DNA from: Catajapyx aquilonaris
Taxonomy: Eukaryota
Assembly: GCA_000934665.2 (NCBI GenBank)
Contig: KZ538132.1
Coordinates: 62,001 to 118,197, forward strand
Reading direction: 5' to 3'
DNA length: 56,197 nucleotides
Part shown: piece after piece, positions 51,546 to 56,197 of the stretch
Layout: each line of letters starts with the position of its first letter
Numbering within the stretch: the stretch's first letter is position 1
Notes under the pieces: model-generated
The model's input: the letters and a program-made list of their open reading frames with translations, nothing else
Databases searched by the model: none
What the model was told of the DNA's origin: nothing
Translations under genes and position numbers: made by a program

Positions 51546-54500
51546 TGGTTGGGTATAAACGAGGCCTTTCCTGCAAAATTATTTCGTATTCGCCAAACTA
51601 GGCCAAGCGGTGCTGGGCAACATTTTGCGAATAATTCATGTATACCTATAGATATGTGTAAGATGTGAGAAAAAAACATGGATTCTGAAGCAGCCTGTGG
51701 TTTTTAGTAAGTTGCTCAGAACGTGCAGGTCTTCCATAAAAACAGTTTGGAAGTGTTCTAGGCGCTTTCAGTAAGAGGGTAATGAAATATAAGCCATAAA
51801 AGTGTAGCAATATCCCGGATTGAGCTGGTGGTGCGAACAACAGAGTGATTGGGGGAAAGGTTTGGGTGCTCGAGGTTGCCTGGGATACAAAACAGAAATA
51901 ATTTTCTTTGTAGATCTTGATGATTGAAGCCCTCTTCCGCTCGGTTGCTCCATATGCTCCAGACCTTATCTTCTTTCCATTCCTGGCTCCCTCTCTTGGC
52001 AGTGCAGCATACCACACATCCCCATCACCACTCCGTTGCTAGGTAATGAAGCTGACGAATGACAGGAAAAGTGGGTCTGTAATGGACAGATTTGGTCTCC
52101 TGCCTGGTCAACCTTGGTCATGACCTATAGAGCCATTGCTTCAGTTTGGAAGCCACATTAACACATTCATATTTAACACAGTTGCAAATCACAATCTGAA
52201 AGTGCATTATGCATTCCTTTAGGAGTACTCGTAATTTACTGTACAGAATAGCGTGAATGAGTACAGTACACTGATGCAAAAATCATACCTATATGGCACG
52301 TTATTGGCTGGAATAAACAATAGCACTGAATAATATCTGGGAGTTGGCGTGATTACTAGCAGTAAAGTCGCAATGCTTATCCCGTGTGTGGCTGGTGGAG
52401 CTGCTGCAGGACTCTCCCTCTAATTAGATAACGGGGTAGTATTGATTCCGCTTTTATTAGGAGAAAGTAAGGGAATTAAGCAAGTTGGAGAAACAGCCCC
52501 AATTCCTTGTGCTCCTCCCCCTCGGCCTCAACTTGGTGTGCTTGTTTGAAAATGAAAGAACGCTGGCAAGTACGCTGTGGGAGGCTAAGGTGAGTGGAGA
52601 GAAGTTATTAGGGCGATTACTGGGGGTATACACTGTTGAGAGGGGGAGAAACTTCCAAGGGTTGAGACGAAAATCATTTTTAATGGATGCGAGCCTTGGG
52701 TGCGCGAGTAGGCATAATTGGAATAAAATAAGTTTCCAGAGAGCAAGATGTAAGATTTTGGCCAAGGGCTGCTGCGATTTTCCCCGTGTTATTCTGCAGT
52801 TATAAATATTTGCTTGCGATGAGGGATAGAAGAGAAGGAAGGGGAGGGGGACGGTTTTGCGTCTTAATGAGGATTACAAGCTCGCTAGGTTTGCTCCAGG
52901 GATCTGCAACTTTGGAAATCAAAGTAGCTCATGTTTACTCGAGCTATACATATACACTGTACACGTCGAAAAATAAAAGGGGATCTGGCCGGCAGTATTA
53001 TGGGAATGGGGAATTTTTTCGGGGGGGTCTCTACTCACGAATGCAATTTTCCATTCCTACTGCACGATCGATTCTCCAATATTTTCTTACCTGTGCTTTA
53101 TTTGAACAGGAATTTCCCCCCAGTTCTTTACTTTATGCGACAAGCAATTCCATTCGTTGCGCGCACTCTTGCATCTGCTCCTTGCGATTGCCTCCTTATC
53201 TCTTCCTTCTTCTCGGTATTTCAGTTCCGAAAGTATAGCCGCAGAATTGGTTGTTCTTCGATCCACTGGTCGCCTCATAACCAACTTTATCCAGTTTGGG
53301 CCATTGATTCCCAGTAGTGCATGAGATTTATTATATTTTACAAGTAAGTGGAGGGGAAATGATGCGGATGGACCTTTTTCCGTTGCGTAATGTGCATCCA
53401 CTTTATACTGCACGTAGGAAATGTAATTGCATTGTGACAATATGGCTGGCATATTTTCGTCACGCGACATTACACTCAGGTGACTTACAAGTGGCAGCTA
53501 ATCCTGGCAAGTTTTATATCTTTGAAGAAAAAAAGGAACGTGGCCATTTTTCTGGGCATAACCGAGGCGTGATTGGCCACTTAAGATGAGGTAATGAAAA
53601 TGTGCCAATGCACATGACTGTACAAATAAGTTTCATTTCCTTTAACATTTCTCAACTGGTGTTTGCAGTAACAGCACCCTGCAGTGCATATCACGAAGCA
53701 CGTCATATTTGTGCGAATGATTGAGGCAAGGCGTAATTAGTACAAGTTAGGGCTAAGTTGAACTTGGCAGTTTCCCTTCCGCAGTTAGGCAGGTCCTATT
53801 ACGAGTGTAGTAGCCGGCCAGCAACTTCTTTTACATAATTATTCAGAGTGTAGGAAGCGGTATCCCCCCCTTTCTCTCTTCGCGTGCTAATCCAACGTTG
53901 GAAAATCCTGTAGAAAGGAACCGTAGCCAATATCCGGCTGCGTTCTACCCCACATTGGCTCCACAACGACTTTAATCACCGCCCACATGCAGGAAGGAAA
54001 AAAAAAAGATTCTTCGGATTACGCCATTCTGATTCCGATTGCGTCCAAATGATCCAAATTCAGAGGCGGAGAGATTTTTCCGCCTAAAATATTCCGGGCT
54101 TTCAGCGGCTCTATTCCTGCAGATAGAGAAGAAAAGAGGCCTGGTCTAACTCGGAGCACCTATAAGCGACACTTTGGAGGGGGTACATAATGCGAACCGA
54201 GTGTCACATTCTACTGGTAGGCGGAAATTTGCGAATGCAGATGAAACTCTGAGTCGGTTACACCCTAGGCTTTTTTTCTGCCCCACTGCACCCGTGTCAG
54301 AGAGGATTCCACGCGAAATTGCGCATGTAAATGAGAGCCTTGTTGGCCCCCCCTACAACTTGTTGACATTTCATACATGCAAAGGAAACGTTACAAAGAC
54401 CTGACAATAACGCAGTGCAGCACATGTCACTAGCAGGCGACTATTTTGTTACGAGCTGTAACGATTGCGGATAATAAACCCCCGGGTAGGTATTCCGGGA

Positions 54501-56197
54501 GCCAACTGTTGCTGGCTTGAAACAGTGAATCTTATTGCGGGCGTAGGAACTAATATCTGCTTACCGAAAATCCATCCGACTGTCTCTTGGCTCGAGGAGT
54601 AAAGTAGCGGGGAGGTAATTAATAAGATGGCAGTTGGAACGATCAAGTATTAGTCAGGCAAGTGTAATCAAGGAACTCGAGTCGCGATTTGTCAGAGTAT
54701 ATACAAGGTGTTGTGGGAAAGGTATATAGCGACGAAATCAAGCAGCAACTGGTAGGATCCAGGGGGACCAGAGGCTGCAAGAATCGATTTCCAATGGGTC
54801 GTAGTAATAGGGGGGTGAACACTTTTGAAATATCGGGAAATCCAAGGCAATGCGAACAATAATTAATCTCCTTTAATCAGTTAAGTTTCTGTCAATGGAC
54901 GGGAGTTGTAAATTAAGGGAGGTGTCAGATCGGCTCTGCGGGTCCATAAAGTGCAATCCTAGGGCCAGGCTTTAAGCCGAGTAATGCACAAGTCAGTCTT
55001 TTTTTTCTGGCTGGATTTAGAAGCAGACAGTTTTTCAGAGCCAACGAATGGTTGTGCCAGATGCAATTGGAAAAGATTTGCCAGCAAGCGTCTGCTCTTA
55101 TTACACCAATATCCCTATATCGACTGCTGGTGCAATATTTGTCGCAGAAAAAAAATTATATCTGCCCTGCTGAATGGTGCTGGATGCCGTCGATTTTCTC
55201 CCACATTCACAAACCCTGTCAGGTGGAGGGATGTCTGTTGTATAGTTTCTGTGCTCCATCCATCTCTTTCTCCCTGGTGCCAAGCTGGACTGAGTCGTTT
55301 TCCTTTGGAAACTGAGGAGCTGGGAGAAAAATGCTTTTGCTGCTATTTTGAGAACCCGGAAGAAAAACCCAGTGGAAGGAACTATACTTGAATGCAGTTG
55401 GTATCTTTTCCGATCTCGAGCTGTAAGAGGTTATGGAAGGTTCTGCCGGGGAAGTGAGAACCAACTGGTCCGGCAATCAAAGCTCTTCTCCCAGTTGTTC
55501 CTTGACCTTCATTACATCGGTCCGGGTTATTGCTTCCGTAACGATAGTGTCTCCGCCATCAGCAGGGAAACCTCTAATGAACAGTCTCCAAAAAGGTGCA
55601 ATGTGCTGCTCTCCAACACTATCCGCAAAACATGCAGTAATTTTCCTGATGTATGGCCTGCATTTTTGCGCAAATTGGAAATAATCAGTCGGGCCTGGTA
55701 ATGACACCGCAACTGCCGAGCTTCAAAATTGCACATGAAGTTCTTCTGGACTTGCGACGTGAGGAATAAGCTCGGGGCACATCGATTTTGCAATTGTGCG
55801 CCGCTGCCGTGATATGATCCCATTCGATGGCCGCAAACTGCTGCAATGATTCCAAGTCTCCCACAGAAAGTGCGTGAAAATTCTCCTCAGCAAATAGGAG
55901 TGAAAATTAACCCCGCCGGAGATTTCCGCGTAGTGCAAATAATAAAATAATTGATTACGTAGTAAAGCGAAGATGTCGGAAGGAATCGCGTGCAACCCAG
56001 ACAAGTCACGAGTTCAGCGGTCACCTGAATAGGGCACAGACCACCCATAATTTCTTATTATAAAAAATTGATAAACCGGATCTGTAAAAAATCGCAATGA
56101 CAATTTATTATCCGGATAAATAGGCTCGAATTTTCATTGTTGAGCCAGGGCCGTGTCATAACACACTGCGCGCGAAATTGACGTGCACGACAAGGGG

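Noticed and set aside
54751..54762. Minus strand encodes LDPT, as in tarsal-less/polished-rice micropeptides
   Set aside because: It reads LDPTSC rather than LDPTGxY, has no stop directly after, and is not repeated.
55031..55045. TTTTTCAGAGCCAAC resembles the 3' half of the histone mRNA stem-loop
   Set aside because: The 5' stem (GGCTCT) is missing and there is no histone ORF upstream.

Overview
About 56 kb of eukaryotic, very probably invertebrate metazoan, genomic DNA. GC is roughly 44% by eye and CpG is not obviously depleted. None of the supplied ORFs resembles a protein family I recognise, so the window reads as intergenic DNA or a large intron; short exons cannot be excluded without RNA data. 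The only firmly identifiable genes form a tRNA-Phe(GAA) cluster at 37171-38877: three identical 73-nt genes (two on +, one on -) and one degenerate copy. All four carry a G5.A68 acceptor-stem mismatch. Other visible structure: about 29 TACAGTA/TACTGTA heptamers matching Tc1/mariner excision footprints, some stacked; a near-perfect 28-bp hairpin at 32738-32799; alternating AT-rich and GC/purine-tract-rich blocks; G-tracts and microsatellites; and three single-N gaps, one with a likely artefactual 69-bp duplication. I found no convincing evidence of a novel biological system. The findings are leads, and all counts are manual.
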